Assembly (NCBI GenBank): GCA_963756875.1
Contig: CAVWPA010000001.1
Location: 544,001-608,000 of the forward strand
DNA length: 64,000 nt
Direction of reading: 5' to 3'
From: an uncultured Verrucomicrobiae bacterium
GTDB taxonomy: Bacteria > Verrucomicrobiota > Verrucomicrobiia > Chthoniobacterales > UBA10450
Positions 63,878 to 64,000 of the stretch are shown here, in pieces. Below the pieces are notes generated by a model that saw nothing but the letters and a program-made list of their open reading frames with translations, was not told the origin of the DNA and ran no database searches. A program made the translations under genes and the position numbers. Each line of letters opens with the position of its first letter. Positions within the stretch are counted from its first letter, which is position 1.

Positions 63878-64000
63878 ATGTCGCGAATTGGAAATAAACC
63901 GGTCGAAATTCCCGATAAGGTCAAGGTGCACATCGACAACGATGGCGCTGTCTCTGTCGAAGGCCCGAAGGGAAAACTAACCTGGAAGTTGCCGCGGGCG
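63878..64000 (+). CDS. rplF: 50S ribosomal protein L6 (partial)
   Basis: MSRIGNKPVEIP...VEGPKGKL. Confidence 0.95.
   Translation, partial: MSRIGNKPVEIPDKVKVHIDNDGAVSVEGPKGKLTWKLPRA

Overview
This 64 kb window looks like a GC-rich Verrucomicrobiota chromosome. A Chthoniobacterales-like origin is my inference from gene order, the missing tuf and rpsN in the ribosomal operons, and the repeat content. It carries, in order: the dnaB 3' end, chaA, tkt, an rsmA-Nudix fusion, a lipid/envelope-remodelling cluster, 2-oxoacid dehydrogenase E1a/E1b/E2, smc, an M20 peptidase, an inactive-looking NlpC/P60 protein, a disrupted RHS toxin-immunity locus, queF-queC, apt, a heme operon, a GrpE-like/Hsp70/J-like-FGE module, rpsU, tgt-yajC-secDF, and the str-S10-spc ribosomal cluster. 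The most notable signals are: (1) a dedicated non-canonical chaperone triad of GrpE-like protein, lidless Hsp70, and an HPD-less J-like domain fused to an FGE/C-type-lectin fold; (2) several families of GTAG/GGAG REP doublets and 6-8-mer tandem repeats at gene junctions, some translated in frame inside core genes (smc, tgt, rplD, a PlsC-hydrolase fusion); (3) a cluster of DnaA-box-like motifs upstream of rsmA; (4) a non-ribosomal gene inside the S10 operon. Single-base indels in short base runs cluster between about 27 and 36.3 kb (smc, nlpC, rhs, queC), so many of those frameshifts may be assembly errors. All family assignments come from motif recognition by eye, not database searches.
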